From assembly GCF_006345805.1 (NCBI RefSeq), contig NC_043007.1, positions 65,968,001-66,032,000 of the forward strand: 64,000 nucleotides of DNA, in the 5' to 3' direction. This DNA comes from Octopus sinensis (taxonomy: Eukaryota). Positions 12,178-26,722 of this stretch are shown piece after piece (the first letter of the stretch is position 1; every line of letters begins with the position of its first letter). The position numbers were made by a program, and so were the translations under genes. A model generated the notes under the pieces. That model did no database searches. It had not been told where the DNA came from and was given only the letters and a program-made list of their open reading frames with translations.

Positions 12178-14199
12178 TTTTAAAAAACGGAGAAAATGAC
12201 AACAACATAAACTACAACGTGAGAACGTAGCACATGTAAAGTAAGTAAATGTATGTGTAAGTGTGCGTGCATGTGATACAAAGTTCTGTACATATCATTT
12301 GTTCTTACGCATGTTTCACTGTTGTAGTTGTTTGGAAATCTGTTTTGGATCATATAAAGGCTATTGGATGTTTAACCAGTACAGATCATCAAGGAACACT
12401 TCCTTCCACTCTCTTTCTCTTTATTCCCTATTTTGTCTACCCTTTTCTCTTGTTTCATCGCTCCACTTTATCTTTCCCTGTCCTTAGCTTTCTTTCAGCT
12501 TCCCTATTAAAATACTTATAAAAGTCTCGCCATGTATCCAATTACAGACATTAGTTCTTTGTAACATAATGTAATAAAGTATGACCTGATGATTTGTTAT
12601 GGTTAAACGTCTAGTTTACTCTTGTAATATCCAATGCAGACTCCTAATAGGTGAAACGTACGTAAGAACAAGAGATACAAAGTTATGTTTAACGTAATTT
12701 TTCCTACATTTGCTCTGTATATCATAACCAGTAACACTACGAAGTGTAGGAGTTTTTTAACCACTATACGAAAAGCAGACTGGATGATAATAATCTACAT
12801 TGAGCTCTAAACATAACTTAGTCACACCTCTATTTGTACACACAAGTTACACTACAGGCGTGTTTAAATATGCGTATATGTAAGTATGCATGCATGAATG
12901 TATGTATGTGTATAATCATTTTATTGAAACTGAAACTCGAACAGAGAGACAAATTGATTTCAGGTTCAATCAAAAGAAATCCATATCCTTTAAAGCATAC
13001 ATCGAGCACTCCCCTCTCATTCATGCTTCATAAAGCGACATACATATATGTATGTATATTTTTATGTGTGCATGTGTGTGTGTGTGTGTGTAGTTACGTA
13101 TGTATGTATATGTATGTTTGTATATGTAGAGAGACAGACAGACAGACAGACAAATAGCTAGCTAGATATAAGTATAGATTTAGATATAAATATAAATATA
13201 CATACACATATATACAACTTACAAAAATGAATATACATGTGTGAATGTATGCATGTCCGCATAAATGCAAGCACATATGCAAACACAGACACAAACATTC
13301 ACACGCACACTTACATTCACATACACGCAGTTATATCTGTAAATATTAACATGTATTCTTTCATTCGTTCAACCACTGGTGAATACATACATGCAAAATG
13401 ATATATGAAGAAATAAAATCCCAAACAGACACAGAAATAATCAAATAATCGGTAAGCAAAAGTAGTATGCCGATAAATGTGGACACAATGTATTTTCCAG
13501 GTGACAGCAGGAGTACAGGAAAGACCAGAACCCAGTGTAATTTCAGTGGGTAAATCTTGTGCACCGGTATACTTGAAGGTGTATTTCGGGTAGCCAATGT
13601 TTGTGCACTCATACGATTAAATACAATATACATGAAATAGTCAAAATTACACGTAGTGCACTTGCGTTCTTGAACACTCTGAACTCCCTGTAGGCAAAGC
13701 TCGAGCATTGATATGCTTACAAACAAAGAAGTTTTGTCTTTGATTCAAACGCGTGATTAAATATGACATGACGGTAGATATGGAAGCAAAAATATTAATA
13801 ATCATCGTGAAATAATAAAATTTATGGTTGAGAGAGGAGAGAGGTGGGAAGTAGTAGAAGAGGGTTACGCATTTGTAAGGGGGGTTGGGCTGAAGGATTT
13901 CGTAGAGGAACGGGCGGGACGGAATGTAGGATCTTTAGAGCGGAAAGACTATGTGGAAGCGAATAACGAATAGGCGGAGAGGGAGGGAAAGTTGGTGAAG
14001 TATGTGAAAAAGAAAAATATAGAATGGAATAAAGAGAGAAACAAATAAAGAATGAACGAATGAAGGAAGGAAGGCATGGAATTAAGTTGAGAAAAAGAGA
14101 ATAGCAAACAAAAAGGCGGGTGAGTGTTTGTACTAAACAATGTACAGGGCAACTTTAAAGGTATAGTTTTCTTGTGTTTGTGGTGGGAGGTTCATGTCT

Positions 14200-14363
14200 A
14201 TTCCTTTCTCTCTCTCTTCCTCTATGTATATATACATGTGTGTATGTATATATGTATGTGTGTGTATGTATATATGTATATATGTATATATATATATTTA
14301 CATATATATGTGTGTGTGTGAATACACATACATATATGTGTGTACGCGCACTCTCCCCACGCA

Positions 14364-14399
<36 letters not shown>

Positions 14400-14449
14400 G
14401 TATGTATATGTATATCTATATATGTATATATTATATATATTAGATATAT

Positions 14450-14480
<31 letters not shown>

Positions 14481-14486
14481 TATATA

Positions 14487-14521
<35 letters not shown>

Positions 14522-14560
14522 ATATATATACATATATATATGTATATATATAGAGGGAGA
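14200..14560. repeat. (TA)n-rich microsatellite
   Basis: Direct inspection. Confidence 0.95.
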
Positions 14561-17004
14561 GGGGAGAGAGAGAAAAGTAGACATGAGCCTCCCACCATAC
14601 ACAAGAAAACAATACTTTTAAAGCTGCCCTGTGCAAAAAAAAGAAAGGAAAAACAAAAGAGAAATCAAACAAAACATTGTCTACTACAAACTGAAAGTCA
14701 TCTCCTAGTATCAAAATCCTGAATGACTTTGAATCGTTCCTCCTGAATCTGGAACCAAATTTTCTTTTTATGCCCTGCAACCTTTTTTCAGAATAAGCTT
14801 CAAAAAGAACTTACTTTTCTCAGACAAGACCAAGAATTTATAAAAATGAACAATAGATTATGCGCGCACAGGTTATGTATCACACACGGATGATAAGATA
14901 ATCACTGAAGGCAAAGATTTAGCTATGAAGTAAGATCCCATAATAGACATGTGTGTGCTTGTATGTGTGAGTGTGCGTGTGTGTGTTTGTATTTGCATTT
15001 ATACATGTGTGCATATGTGTATACAAAGATATATATATAGATTCTGTGTAAAATGGTAATAGTGATAGCCTTTAAGTACAAGACTTTGAGAACCATCATT
15101 CAAAGATTTACTCATTGCTGATGTTCATAGATTGCTGATTAACTGTCAATTAATTATTGCTTTGGAAGAGGGTGCTTTGCAACATATATATTAATCGTTG
15201 TAGTGGTTGTTATTGTTATTACTGTTAATAATGTCAAATCTTGCACAGATTGACTGAAGCACACAAAGTAAAGCTTTTGAGAGCATCCCAAGGTAGCGGG
15301 GGTGAAAAATGAAACACAACTCTAGCCAGTTTCTGTCCTGCTCTCAAAAGCCTCAGTCGAATAGGCATTGTGGTATGTAGAATATGCACAGTAAAATTCA
15401 AAATATAGTTGTTAGCAAAGAAGACCCATAGAATGCTCTGGGCACCAACGGCGAAACACTTGACGCCGCTACCACATTACTTTGAAGATTAGGTTTATGG
15501 ACATTACCCTAAATACTTTTCATGTCACTGTTGCAGGGAAGGTTGTCTCGAATCAAGATAAGCTATACTGTGATGCTAGAGCAGTTATGCTAGTTTATTT
15601 ACGATAGAATAAAGCGACTGAACCCTCTTACAGCATTTAGTCTGCCAGTGGATTTGCACAGAAACATGGGCTGCTAATATGCGCGTGCATTGACCAACAC
15701 TATCTATCAAACAGGTTATCGTTGAGTCTTCTATTAGCCATAAATGAACAGATTTATAATGAAGAGCTTTCTAGTCATAATACTTATGTCAATATTTGGG
15801 GTTAATGCAAATGTATGGTTTTCTACGCCCAAACATTACACATCTCCAAAACAACCCTGTGACCTTCATGGACCATTGAATTTGGAAGCCTATAAGAACC
15901 TTCCATGTTGTTGCATGTTGTTTCTAGTCACTTCGGCGCTCACCACTGGTCCATACTGAAAAGATAACCACATATAAATGGATTGCATCATTGCGAATGT
16001 CATTCATCATGACTCTCCTGAACGGATTCCAAAAGTGGCTGGAACGCTGAGACCTGTGTATTTCTACGCAAGATAACTACTTCGAAAGAGTTGATATTAA
16101 AAACTAAGTTATTGTTTATTAAATATTTTTTTTTAAGATCGCATACTTACGATACAACACGATCTTAATTATATAGTTTGTTATATTCTACATACATAGC
16201 ATGCATCCGTTATATATTATATTCTTTCTTTTACCTGTTTCAGTCATTTGACTGCGACCATGCTGGAGCACCGTATCGAAACATAGCTCCATGCTATTTA
16301 CTTGCGACTGGACATCCACTCACTCATTATTAAATTCGTTATATATTATATATATAGTATCACATGTTGAGGGTCATTGAAATCAACCATTACGCAATCC
16401 AGTTAGTCATGTTCAGAACATTAGTGGAAGTTATGTGCGAAAACTGAGACAAGCTGCATAGGAACGGTTAATTCGTCAGAACAAAATAATAGTCAAAGAA
16501 GTCAATTTGAGAAACATTGACTAAAAATTAAAAACATAATATGTGGTATCTGACAATCTGACACTATCTATCTCTGTGGCTTATCAATCGCATGGCGAAT
16601 TAGGGAATTTAGGGGCGCCACAGAGTTGATTATAATGTAACTTAAGGCTTCAAAAAATTCATATTAATGCTTGATCGAATTTTAGAAATGTAAAACTTTG
16701 TTGTGCACAAGTATGATTAATAAAATAAGGTATGTGATAAATTGCTCTATTGATTTTTTTTCGAGAATAAAAAGGTTGTTGTTCCTTTTACTTTCCACGC
16801 AAAGTGTGCCAATAAGTCTGTTGTTTGATCTTCAGTAGGCCACGAGAACAAAAACAATGAAAACATTGATTTCTAGTATTATTTTGACACTCATTGTTGT
16901 CCTCATTTTATTCAAGTCACCGGCAATCCTTCATATATGGAACTATGTCTAATATCTATGGACGTTCCGAATAACACTCAACAATATATCAAAGCTCTTG
17001 GTAC

Positions 17005-17210
17005 GGCAGCGAACTGGCAGAATCGTTAGCACTGCAGACCATAATGCTTAGCAATATTTCGTCCATCAACATTTAAAGTTCAAATTCCGCCGAGGTCGAC
17101 TTTGCTTTTCATCCTTTTGGGTTCGATAAAATAAGTACCCGTTAACTCGATGTAATCACCTTATCCCCTCTACGAAATTGCTGATCTTGTACCTAAATTT
17201 GAAACCAATA
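17005..17210 (+). mobile_element. tRNA-type SINE family A, full-length diverged copy
   Basis: ggcagcgaactggcagaatcgttagc (box A-like) ... aagttcaaattccgccgagg (box B-like). Confidence 0.85.
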
Positions 17211-17699
17211 TATCTAAACTGTCTTTGATGTAATTTTCTCCGATACTTTTCAAGAAAATTGTATAAAATTTCCAAGAGAGATTCTCCGAGCAAATAGATT
17301 ATACTGTTCTTTTTTAAACTGTATTTTATCTCAAAAATATTATGTGAAGCACGATGTGTAGTTGATATCTCTATTTTCCCCTAACGCAGTGAACCTCTAG
17401 CATGATTTTGTATTTAGTTTGCGGTTTTTAAAATCACATTCACTAAATTACAATAAATATTTGCTTTTGAAATTACTTGTACATATTTTATTGATTTATT
17501 TGTTTGTGTATCTCATATTTACACTTCGACATTTAATTTTGTCGTTGTGTTTAATCTTCTAATTTCATTTTCAGTATCCATTTGAGTTCACATTTTTACT
17601 ATCTTTCATTTCCTTAAAATTTATATGCACTTGCTTCATTAAAATTACTTTGAAAGACAAAGTTTATACATATATGAATATATTCGTGCGTGCATAGAC

Positions 17700-17757
<58 letters not shown>

Positions 17758-17855
17758 GTGCATGCGTGTGTGTGTATGCTTGTGTATGTGTGTGCATATG
17801 TGCGTGCGTGTATTTGTTTGTAGACATATACAAAATACACACGCTAATAGCTAGT

Positions 17856-17934
<79 letters not shown>

Positions 17935-18361
17935 GGTAAAGTAGGTGCAGCCTAGATGAATATTCTTGGATTCGATTCGACTGCGTGGCGTCATGGGCAA
18001 ATGTCATTTTGTATAACCACTTGTCGACCCGTGAATTATAAAGGAAACTGAGTTGACGGAATCTATATGGAAGTCCATCAGGTGGGCACTATACTTAAAA
18101 ATAATACATTTCATTTGTTTTAATGAAATACACCGGAGAGCAACTTTGCAGGATTTAAAACCCCTATCTCAGGAAAATAAAGGCATCTAAAGACCCAAAT
18201 GCAAACAGATTCGAACAGTTATATTCTGAAATATTCCAGAGAAACAGGAAAGACTTCAAGTACTGGCCCTCATATACAAACCAACTTCAGCACTTGTATC
18301 CACCAGATTTTCTTAAGGGCAGTACACACTCCCCATTCTATTCTCCCTTCTACTTCAAATA

Positions 18362-18841
18362 CAGAGTAAGACATAAAGATCTCCCACATTGGAAATTAAT
18401 ATAAAAGACATTTATGTTTCTGAAAAGTACATAAAAAGCAGTTTATTTTACTGGGTTTAAAATACTATATTAGGTAAATGGCGGCCGTTGTTGGCAATAT
18501 ATTGATGCAGTCGTTGGCGGAATTTCTCCATGACTCTCTGTGTCTCAGTTGGTATTGTGTTGATTTCCTTACGAATCCTTTCTTTCAAATCCTCAAGTGT
18601 TCGGGGACAATGTCGGAAATTTTTTTCCTTTAGTTATCCCGAAAGGAAAAAGTCACAAGGGCTCAAATTTGGTAACCTTGCAGGCCACCCAACATCTCTC
18701 CTCAAAAGTTTTTGATTAATTAGTGATGATTAAGAAAATGGTAGAACCTAAAAAAGAGAAAGACATTTTTGAGTAAGTAATAATGAATACAAAAGTGGCA
18801 GATCTTAGCCAAAAATGGTAGATCTTAGATGTCCCACCCTG
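18362..18841 (-). mobile_element. Internally deleted Tc1/mariner-superfamily element (maT/rosa-like)
   Basis: Imperfect TIRs ta|cagagtaagacat..agatct and agatct..atgtcccaccctg|ta; minus-strand WPARLPNLSPCDFF..LKEK...TLEDLKERIR..I. Confidence 0.8.
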
Positions 18842-19045
18842 TATTACTCGAAGTTCATGATGACGTGTTGATAGTAATATAGTCCTGGCCTAAAACATTC
18901 CAAATGTGTTTACTAAGTATCCTTTTCTGCAAACAGGGTGTTTCGTTCACATATTCTACGAAATGATTTCTTTTTAGATAACCTAGGAAACGAAATCCTG
19001 AAATAAATATTTAAAAAAAATAAACATTATTCAAGAATCATAGGC

Positions 19046-19210
19046 ATAGGCGTGGGACTGTGTGGTAAGAAGTCTGTTTCCTAATTACATGGTTCTCAGT
19101 TCAGTCTCATTGCGTGGCACATCGGACAATCGTCCTCTCTACAATAGTTCCTGGGCGGTCCTAGCCTTGTGAGTGGATTTGATGGAAGGAAACCAAAGAC
19201 ATTTCTCGTA
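19046..19210 (+). mobile_element. tRNA-type SINE family B
   Basis: Matches 31225-31390 (-), 31415-31577 (-), 32603-32770, 52605-52762 (-), 56897-57050 (-) and an old copy at 17965-18080. Confidence 0.8.
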
Positions 19211-19379
19211 TATTTATATATACCCACACACACGCAATTATGTGTGTGTATTTGTCACACCACAACCGGTGTTGTTTTTTTTACGTTACCGTAACTTAGT
19301 GCTTCGTCAAAAAGAGGACACCTGAATAACTACCAGACTTTAAAAAAATATGTACTTGAATTAATTTGTTCGACTGAAC

Positions 19380-19614
19380 TACTGGTTCACAACCGGGGCC
19401 CACATAAAATTTTGTTGTTAAAATTTATCCCCAATAAACTGATTACAATTCTACAATACATAAAATATTGTAGCAATTTTTTTCTTACAATTCCTGATAA
19501 TATTTAATTATAAAAGTGTATAATTTTTGAAACATGGAAAGGTTGTGAGGATGCATACAAGTAAAATTGGAATCATAGGGGTCCACAGCTAAATAAAATG
19601 GTTGAGAAACACAG
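19380..19614 (+). mobile_element. hAT-type MITE inserted in a family D copy
   Basis: Degenerate TIR (tactggttcacaacc / ggttgagaaacacag); 8-bp TSD-like gactgaac / gactaaat; host repeat continues on both sides. Confidence 0.7.
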
Positions 19615-19934
19615 GACTAAATCTTTCAAAGCGGTACTCCAGCATGGCCGCAGTCCAATCACTGGAACAATTAAAAAATAAATAGTTAGCTTGAGCCCAA
19701 ATAAATAATGGAAGTAGCTAGCTGCAGGAAGACCGGACGTCATACGTAAACTGGCCCCGTTGAGAGGATTTTTTTAATCTACTACTATTATCTGTTTTTT
19801 GTTAGTCTTGCAAACCATTAGCAATTTTACGGAAACATTACCCGACCACTCAGAAAGTCTAATGGTTAACCACTGGCCATTCAATTAACCACAAACTGCC
19901 AGAAAACTAAATAACCACTCATCCATCCAATAAC

Positions 19935-19936
19935 TC

Positions 19937-19986
<50 letters not shown>

Positions 19987-20059
19987 ATCTATCTATCTAT
20001 CATCTATCTATCTATCTATCCATTTATCTATCTATCCATTTATCCATATATATACATAC

Positions 20060-20138
<79 letters not shown>

Positions 20139-20201
20139 TGTGCGTGTGTGTGTGTGTGTGTGTATCGTCACGCACATATGTGTGTACAAACCGACCGATT
20201 G

Positions 20202-20274
<73 letters not shown>

Positions 20275-20360
20275 ACTATCTATCCATCTATCTATCCATC
20301 TATCTATCCATCCATCTATCCATCCATCCATCCATCCGTCCACCCATCCATCCATCCATC
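19935..20360. repeat. (TCTA)n/(TA)n/(TCCA)n compound microsatellite
   Basis: Direct inspection. Confidence 0.95.
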
Positions 20361-20733
20361 CAATAAACAATAAACCCGTTCGTCCATCGATATATACCCG
20401 ACAGGTCAATCATTTATGGGCAAGATGTAGTAAACACAATTTGTAAAACAGACACGCAGACAGACAGCTAGACAGACAAATAAAGAGACAGATGACGGCG
20501 CCTGATAATACCAACAGCGAAAACAATGACAAAAAAACAGCAATAATTACAACGGCAATAATATTAAACAAGTACAACAGCAACACCAACAACATCAACA
20601 ATACCAACAATTATAACAGCAACAACAATAGCAATAACAACAACAATAGCAACAATAACAACAAAAATGATAACAACAAAAATGATAACAAAGTGACAAT
20701 ATCATCAACAACAAAGCAACAAGAACAGAATGA

Positions 20734-20772
<39 letters not shown>

Positions 20773-21039
20773 CACGACGGCAACAATAACAACAACAGCA
20801 ACAACAATAGTTTCTTAATTAGGCATGAAACTTTGGCGCAAGCAGAAATAAGTTGCTCCTTGCTCTGGGACGCGAGACAACGGTGGATAAATTTCAATAT
20901 ACATCACGTGAAAACAAATAAACAACGATAAACAACGCAAAACATAAACAGATACACCCCCCTACAAACACACACACACACAAACACACTCAAGTGTATC
21001 TGCATCACATATAAATGCAAGGTATCTTTCATGCAAGAT

Positions 21040-21069
21040 GAAAGTATATATATCTATATGTGTGTGTAT

Positions 21070-21103
<34 letters not shown>

Positions 21104-21249
21104 ATATATATATTACATATATATAAGTATTATATATATATTATATATATATATATACATATATATAAGTATTATATATATATATGTATATATATATTAC
21201 ATATATATATATATGTATTATATATATATTTATATTACATATATATATG

Positions 21250-21291
<42 letters not shown>

Positions 21292-21313
21292 GTATGTATT
21301 CATATGTATCTAG

Positions 21314-21361
<48 letters not shown>

Positions 21362-21480
21362 ATATGCATGTGATATATATATATACACGTACACACGCAC
21401 ACACATATGCACGTATATACATACACATATATTTTTATATATACATATATGCGTTATGTATTCGCAAATATATAAAAAGT
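21040..21480. repeat. (TA)n-rich microsatellite
   Basis: Direct inspection. Confidence 0.95.
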
Positions 21481-22019
21481 TATAGTATATAAATATGAAT
21501 ATTTATACTCGCACAAATATATATGTGTGTGTGTTTGTTTGTGTGTGTGTGTGTGTGTGTGGTGTGTGTGTGTGTGGGTGTGTGTGTGTATGTATATATG
21601 TATGTATGTATATAAAATATCCAACCAAACATCAAAATAGCAAAAAGCAAATTGATTATTAATAATAATATAGCTAAACAACTCGATATAAAATGCAGCC
21701 GACCAACAAATATGGAGCAGCAAAACAAAAAAATAAAAGAATAAGCTAAAGAACGGATGGAAGAGCGCGAAGAAATAAGAAAAGAAATAAAGAAGGAAGA
21801 AACAAATAATAAATACATATAGCTGGCAATAAAAGAGTTCAAGTAAAGTATATTTAAAGGAAATATTTATTATTAAAAAATTATATGTATTCATTTATTC
21901 TTTGACTTGTTCCACCGATTGGATGGCAGCCATATTAGGGTTGGTTGGTGGCGAAGGATCCATAATTTGTAATTTTCCTCCGTAATGTCCCCTCATACTC
22001 TTGAAGTAAAGAAAGAAAC

Positions 22020-22020
22020 G

Positions 22021-22074
<54 letters not shown>

Positions 22075-22166
22075 GTTGTTGTTATTGTTATCGTCATCGT
22101 CGTCATCAGCATCATCATCATCATCATCATCATCATCACCACCACCACCACCACCACACCACCACC

Positions 22167-22200
<34 letters not shown>

Positions 22201-22230
22201 TCATCATCATATTCATCATCATCATCATCA

Positions 22231-22274
<44 letters not shown>

Positions 22275-22275
22275 T
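22020..22275. repeat. In-register compound trinucleotide array ATT/GTT/GTC/ATC/ACC/ATC/ATT
   Basis: Direct inspection. Confidence 0.95.
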
Positions 22276-22291
22276 TTTTTTTTTTTTTTTT

Positions 22292-23050
22292 ATTCCTTCG
22301 TAACACAGTGTAGGTAAAAATGAACCGGAGTCTTTAGTCATCTGTCAAGTCACAACAAAGACATCAGACATAGTACTTTCCTTAAGTTGTGCGCTGTGCC
22401 CAATAAGGCTGCTTTTCGTACGTGGGACTTCCTGTTGCCTTAAGAAGTTTTGAAGTTTAAATTGGGATTGAACCCAACGCTCCGATCACCACTGGTATCA
22501 CTTTTACATTACCCTCTCGCATTCCATACAGTCTCGCCATTTCCACTTTCAATTCGGAGTACTTGTTTCAACCTCATTACTCACAACATTCATGTCATTT
22601 GGTGTGGCTACATCAATGATCTGACAGTATTTTTCTCTCTTATTCAATATGACAATATCCAGCCAACGGTGTTCGATTGCACGATCCACCTGAAAATCAG
22701 TCCCAAAGAATCGTTACTTTTCCATCTTCCTGCATGCTCATACCAGTTCTCTGTTACTTCATATTGGTATTTATGATGCTGTATTATCCTTAACGCCTTG
22801 TGTATTTCTTTCAAACTGTCCATGCATTCTCGTTTCAAGAGGGTCTTCTTTTCTCTTCTCTGCAGCATTTTGGTTAATCTCTGCCTTACCTATCATTTCA
22901 TTTGCATTTAAACCCATATCTTTCGCGGCATATTGCAACAGATCTTCATCATTTATCAAATACTCAGTAAACGCTCTCCTTTCACTACTTATACAGTGGT
23001 CTATACTAATTAGTCTTCTGTCACCATTCTTTCTTTACATATACAGTATG
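22292..23050 (-). mobile_element. Degraded, internally deleted R4/Dong LINE 3' portion
   Basis: ETRMHGQF, ENWYEH, RKAALLGTAQL; 3' end followed by A-run and (TAA)n on the minus strand. Confidence 0.85.
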
Positions 23051-23264
23051 TTTACGTTTGCTTTAGAGTGTAGCGCCCCAAGCAGCGTCATCAACTTTCT
23101 TGTTTTTCTATCCAGTGTTGATATTTCCTCTTCAGTCCATTTGAGGATGGACACACTATATTTGACCAGCGCAACTTCCCTTTGCGATCATAAAATTTTT
23201 GGCATTCAGTTTGGATTTCAACACCATCTTCACCCTTTTTATTATTATTGTTATTATTACTATA

Positions 23265-23424
23265 ACGTCTGCCATTAGGTTTTGAGTTCAACACCGCTGA
23301 GGTTGACTTTCCTTTTCATCCTCTCGGGGTCGATAAAATTAGTACCAGTTACGTACTTGGGTCGATGTAATCGACTTAATCCCTTCCCTCAAAATTTGAG
23401 GCTTTGTGCTTCCAGTAGAAAACC
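23265..23424 (+). mobile_element. SINE family A, partial
   Basis: gagttcaacaccgctgaggttgacttt...ggggtcgataaaattagtacc. Confidence 0.8.
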
Positions 23425-23577
23425 TTTTTTTTTTTGCTGTTGTACTTGTTCTCTATAATGTCATCGATGCCTTGCGTCTTGTGGCCATTGAAAGAAACTA
23501 TCAAGATCACCATTGTCTTCATCGTTTTCATCCTCTTCGTCATCATCGCAATAATTATAAGAATGATAAATATTGTT

Positions 23578-23608
<31 letters not shown>

Positions 23609-23739
23609 TTGATGCCGTTGTTGTTTTCGTATAGCAACAACTATGGCAGTCATACTTGAATAAGAACAACATAGATAATTATAGCAACATTGGAAACGCT
23701 GTTATAACAACGAAAATTACCATAAGTACTACTAATAAT

Positions 23740-23955
23740 CGATTAGTTATCATATTGATCGTCGTTGTTGTCGTCGTCGTCGTCATCATCATCATCATCA
23801 TCGCCGTCGTCGTCACCATAATCAAACTCGTCGTTGTCTTCATTATCACCACCACCACCACTAACTACCACCACCACCACCACCACCACTATCATCATCA
23901 CCATCACCATCATCATCACCATCATCATCATCATCATCATCACCATCATCATCAC

Positions 23956-24017
<62 letters not shown>

Positions 24018-24020
24018 CTC

Positions 24021-24070
<50 letters not shown>

Positions 24071-24317
24071 GTCATCATTATTATAACCCACGTAAAATTA
24101 CTAATTAAGAAAGTAATAATTACAACAACAAAAAATTCTTTTATTGCCTACCACACCGAAAATGATTTATTGCCCAACTACATTTTATTACAATCATCAT
24201 CATCGTCAGCATCAGCATCACCATCATCATCATCGTCGTCGTTGTCGCCATCATCACCATCATCATCTCGTTATTATTATTATTATTATTATTATATTAT
24301 TATTATTATTATTATTA

Positions 24318-24354
<37 letters not shown>

Positions 24355-24355
24355 G
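23740..24355. repeat. Compound (GTC)/(ATC)/(ACC)/(ATT) microsatellite
   Basis: Direct inspection. Confidence 0.95.
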
Positions 24356-25019
24356 TCGTTCCTCGTTATTTTTGTTTATTAGTGTGTTGTAGTTGTTGCT
24401 GGGGCTTATTATCATTATTATACTCAATGTTATTGCCGATGTTGTTTTGGGTTTCTTCTGTTGTTTTCTGGGGTTTTCTTTATTTTTATTTTTTCTCTCT
24501 TCATTTATTTTGTTTATTTATCTTTCTTTTTTTTTAACGAGTGCCGCTGAGCCGAACTACACACTTGGATGCGCACGGTGAGTATAAATTTGAATTCTGA
24601 TGTCTATTATCACGCATCACTGGTCTGTATTGGCGCCAATTGCCCATAGTAGTCAGTTCTGGCATAGCTTTCACTTCCATTTTCATTTTCGCATTGCCAT
24701 CAGGATGACCTCCCATAGACAAGAACACTGTGCTTCAATAACGACTATTTCATTTTGGCCCGTTTTTACCCCGACACATTTCCATATTTCATTCGGATGT
24801 CAGTTATTTCCAAATAAACAAGGAATTTGGTTTGTTTGTTTGTTTGTTTGTTTGTTTGATTCTTTCTACGTTTGTTTTGTTTTAATCTTTTCATTTTTTT
24901 TTTTTACTTTTCGATATTCTTTGTTTTTTTTTTGGTTTTTTCCCCTTCTTATTGTTGTGAGTTTTGTTGTCGCTGCTATTTGCATATAGTTATTTATTTT
25001 ATTTCATTACATCGTTACC

Positions 25020-25414
25020 AGTTATTGCTGTTGTTGTTGTAGTTGTTGTTTTTGTTGTTATCGTGCGTTGTTTACGATGAGGATGGGGGATATAGTTGAT
25101 GATGACATTGATGATGATGACGACGACGATAATGATGATGAGGATGATGTTGATGACGATGATGATGATGATGATGGTGATGAAGATATTGTTGTTTTCG
25201 TTGTTGTTGTTGTTGTTATTGTTCCTGCTGCTTGTGATAACATCAATGATGATACGGCTGGTATTGATATCGATTATGGTGTAGATGATCCTGTTCATGA
25301 TGATGATGATGATGATGATGATTATGATGATGATGATAGTGATGATGATGACGGTGACTACAATGTTGTTGATGAAGATGGTGATGAATGTGATAATGGT
25401 GGTGGTGGTGGTGG

Positions 25415-25451
<37 letters not shown>

Positions 25452-25640
25452 AAGGAGGAGTAGGAGGACAATGGTAGTGAGAATGATGACAACGATGTCG
25501 GAGAAGAACATCATTACGATCCTGACGGCAATAACGACGACGATGACGATGACAACAACAACAACGATGACGACGACGATAACGACAACGACGACGGTGA
25601 CGACGACGACGACGACGATGATGATGATGATGATGATGAT
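25020..25640. repeat. Degenerate (ATG)/(GTG)/(ACG) trinucleotide tract
   Basis: Direct inspection. Confidence 0.9.
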
Positions 25641-25739
25641 GGCTCAAGTGTGGATATTGATATCACTACTGTTCTTATTAGCAGTGTTACAACTAATTTT
25701 CGTTGTATCAATTTGTTTTAATATTATTGGTGTTGATGT

Positions 25740-25985
25740 GGAGGCGCGTAGCTTAGTGGTTAGGGTGGCAGCATCATGATCGTAAGATTGTGGTTTCGAT
25801 TCCCGGACCGGGCGACGCGCTGTGTTCTTGAGCAAAACACTTCATTTCACGTTGCTCCAGTCCACTCAGCTGGCAAAAATGAGTAACGCTGCGATGGACT
25901 GGCATCCCGTCCAGCTGGGGAACACCATACGCCATTGAAACCGAGAAACCGGACCCATGAGCTTGGCTTGGATTTAAAAGGACGC
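25740..25985 (+). mobile_element. tRNA-type SINE family C
   Basis: Head ggaggcgcgtagcttagtggttagg (box A) ... ggtttcgattcc (box B); body ctgcgatggactggcatcccgtccag. Confidence 0.85.
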
Positions 25986-25996
25986 ATTTATTATTT

Positions 25997-26282
25997 GGAG
26001 GCGCAAAGGCCCAGTGGTTAGGGCAGCGAACTCGCGGTTGTAGGGTCGCGGTTTCGATTCCCAGACCGGACGTTGTGAGTGTTTATTGAGCGAAAACACC
26101 TAAAGTTCCACGACGCTCCGGCAGTGGGTGGTGGCGACCCCTGTTGTACTCTTTCGTCCCAACTTTCTCTCACTCTTTCTTCCTGTTTCTTGAGTAACGC
26201 TGCGATGGACTGGCGTCCAGTCCGGCTGGTGGGAACACATACGCCATAGAAACCGGGAAACTAGGCTTGGAAAAGAGCGCAT
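25997..26282 (+). mobile_element. tRNA-type SINE family C variant, in tandem with the previous copy
   Basis: Head ggaggcgcaaaggcccagtggttagg...ggtttcgattccc; shares 3' part with 25740 copy and 5' part with 45188-45479. Confidence 0.88.
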
Positions 26283-26634
26283 AAAAATATTGGTGTTGAT
26301 GATATTTATATCATTTTGTCAATGTACACTTATAGTTTTTTTTTTTTTTCACTTCTCTACATTGTTAATGTCATTATTGTTATGTTTGATCTGATTTTCT
26401 TGTCACTGGCCCTTCATCATCATCAACAACAACAAGACCTTCTATCTTATTGTCGTTTGTCTCTTTTATCAATGACAGTCACCATCATCACCAACACCAA
26501 CACTACACCAAAATATTCATAAAAAACATCGCCATCTTGATTCTCTCTCTTACTTCCTTTTCCATATCCTCAACCACTGTTTTTTTACTACAATTATTAT
26601 TATTAATTTCCAGTATGACCAAGTGATAAAGAAA

Positions 26635-26721
<87 letters not shown>

Positions 26722-26722
<1 letters not shown>

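Noticed and set aside
23656-25779. Long ORFs (poly-His, poly-Asp, poly-Ile; up to 182 aa)
   Set aside because: Stop-free readings of trinucleotide microsatellites with no splice or codon evidence
25740-26080. tRNA genes
   Set aside because: Box A/B heads continue into SINE bodies with no complete cloverleaf; same for the other SINE heads
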